Shown here: positions 53,923-54,732 of the stretch, one piece after another | How positions within the stretch are numbered: position 1 is the stretch's first letter | Layout: every line of letters begins with the position of its first letter | Origin: Oscillospiraceae bacterium | Lineage (GTDB): Bacteria > Bacillota > Clostridia > Oscillospirales > Acutalibacteraceae | Direction of reading: 5' to 3' | NCBI GenBank assembly: GCA_902784155.1 | Contig: CACZTQ010000016.1 | Span: forward strand, 1 to 54,732 | Length of the DNA: 54,732 nucleotides | Made by a program: the position numbers and the translations under genes | Notes under the pieces: model-generated | Told to the model about the DNA's origin: nothing | Database searches by the model: none | The model's input: only the letters and a program-made list of their open reading frames with translations

Positions 53923-54240
53923 TCAGTTTTCAACCCTTTCGCCGTCAACGAGCTTCAGCTTTCCCATTATGGGAAGCCTGATAAATCCCGTGAATCTGTC
54001 GCCGTCGAAATTGAGCTCGGTGACTGCCGTCGCTCCGGGCTTGAATTTATCAACCGCGACATTGAAGCGAAGGGTATTTCCGCTCTCTTCGGCCTCGATG
54101 ATATCAAGATTGTCGGTCTCATAATTTCTCATTCTGAATCTGATACCGTACCTGCCGCCGTTATCAAAAATGGTAAACAGCGGTTTGTCTTTTATCAGCG
54201 GGGTGTCGATTCTGCAAGTCCAGGTACCGAGTCCTGTCAT
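53923..54240 (-). CDS. Hypothetical protein (105 aa, beta-rich)
   Basis: ATG 54240 with GCGGTGA RBS (MTGLGTWTCRID...); has its own promoter. Confidence 0.75.
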   Translation of the reverse strand: MTGLGTWTCRIDTPLIKDKPLFTIFDNGGRYGIRFRMRNYETDNLDIIEAEESGNTLRFNVAVDKFKPGATAVTELNFDGDRFTGFIRLPIMGKLKLVDGERVEN

Positions 54241-54296
54241 TTTTTTCACCGCTTTCCGGGGAGGAGGCCGGGCGGTCTTCCCCTGATTTCCGTTGC

Positions 54297-54325
54297 ATTT
54301 TATCATATCGGGAACTGAAAATCAA
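54297..54325 (-). promoter_or_regulatory. sigma-A promoter for the 105-aa gene
   Basis: TTGATT-17 nt-TAAAAT with extended TG. Confidence 0.6.
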
Positions 54326-54343
54326 TTAACTGTTTATGAATTT

Positions 54344-54390
54344 TTACAAAATATGGGCATTTTTAAAATCCGCGCCACAATATGTAGTGG
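54344..54390. promoter_or_regulatory. Tandem NrdR-box-like sites
   Basis: CCACAATATGTAGTGG (54375-54390) and the weaker TTACAAAATATGGGCA (54344-54359), 31 bp apart, versus consensus acaCwAtATaTwGtg. Confidence 0.55.
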
Positions 54391-54527
54391 CATTTTTAAT
54401 TTAATTTATTTCATTAGAACAGCATCGGGAAATCCCGCTCATGCAGCGGCCGGGAAGCGTTGAAATTACTGAAAAAAAGCGTAATTAAACTCAAGTACAA
54501 AAATTTTAAAAAAAGTTAAAAAAATTG

Positions 54528-54556
54528 TTGACATTATATATTTTTTATGATATTAT
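54528..54556 (+). promoter_or_regulatory. Strong sigma-A promoter with A-rich UP-like tract
   Basis: TTGACA-17 nt-TATTAT with extended TG; A-tracts upstream. Confidence 0.75.
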
Positions 54557-54560
54557 AGCC

Positions 54561-54732
54561 GAGCACGTTTGACCAAAGGGATAATTATGCCCTTCTGGGA
54601 GTGCGATATGCGATGATGCGGGAGGTGGCCGCCCACGAGGCGGGAAATTTCCGCGGAGTATGTCCGATTTTAAACCGGGCGGTTCAATCCGGCAGTCAGG
54701 CGGCTTGCCGATGGTTTTCCGTCATGGTGCTC
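54561..54732 (+). ncRNA. Candidate structured RNA or leader containing a kink-turn (may continue past the window edge)
   Basis: Follows the strong promoter; series of stems; K-turn at 54606-54663; no convincing RBS or ORF. Confidence 0.55.

Noticed and set aside
54561-54732. Assignment as 6S RNA, T-box or tRNA
   Set aside because: End-to-end pairing is short and local hairpins dominate; no T-box UGGNACC antiterminator seen; GGTTCAATCC is T-loop-like but there is no cloverleaf
1-54732. CRISPR array, IS or transposase, prophage or defence genes
   Set aside because: No regularly spaced repeats and no transposase, integrase, phage or nuclease motifs recognised

Overview
A 54.7 kb gene-dense chromosomal window from a fairly GC-rich Clostridia-type (Oscillospirales/Ruminococcaceae-like) Firmicute; the taxon is inferred from gene content and sigma-A promoter/RBS style. 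Most of it is housekeeping or metabolic: glpK-uxaC-araD, a cystine-type amino-acid ABC transporter, dgt-dnaG-rpoD, topB, fucU-fucK-fucI, asnS, comEA, a two-component system, thiI, cinA, ABC-DUF1854-ABC, a U32 protein and zapA. I saw no CRISPR array, transposase, integrase, tRNA or rRNA. The best candidate for an undescribed system is a cell-envelope gene run at 38.1-46.0 kb: cinA, two paralogous class B sortases sharing a C-terminal extension, a 776-aa membrane protein, and a divergent MurD2-like ligase. In that membrane protein a catalytically decayed CinA copy is joined by one TM helix and a Ser/Thr stalk to a circularly permuted SpoIID/LytB domain. Other highlights: a cysteine desulfurase with an in-frame amber codon and an ACG where its ATG should be; two promoter-driven candidate ncRNAs at the right end, one with a canonical kink-turn; tandem NrdR-like boxes with no nrd gene nearby; a CHAP-like protein with Cys->Ser inside the dnaG-rpoD operon; a dead GH5; and a secreted protein with a duplicated C-terminal amphipathic motif. 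All assignments come from motif recognition by eye; no searches were run.
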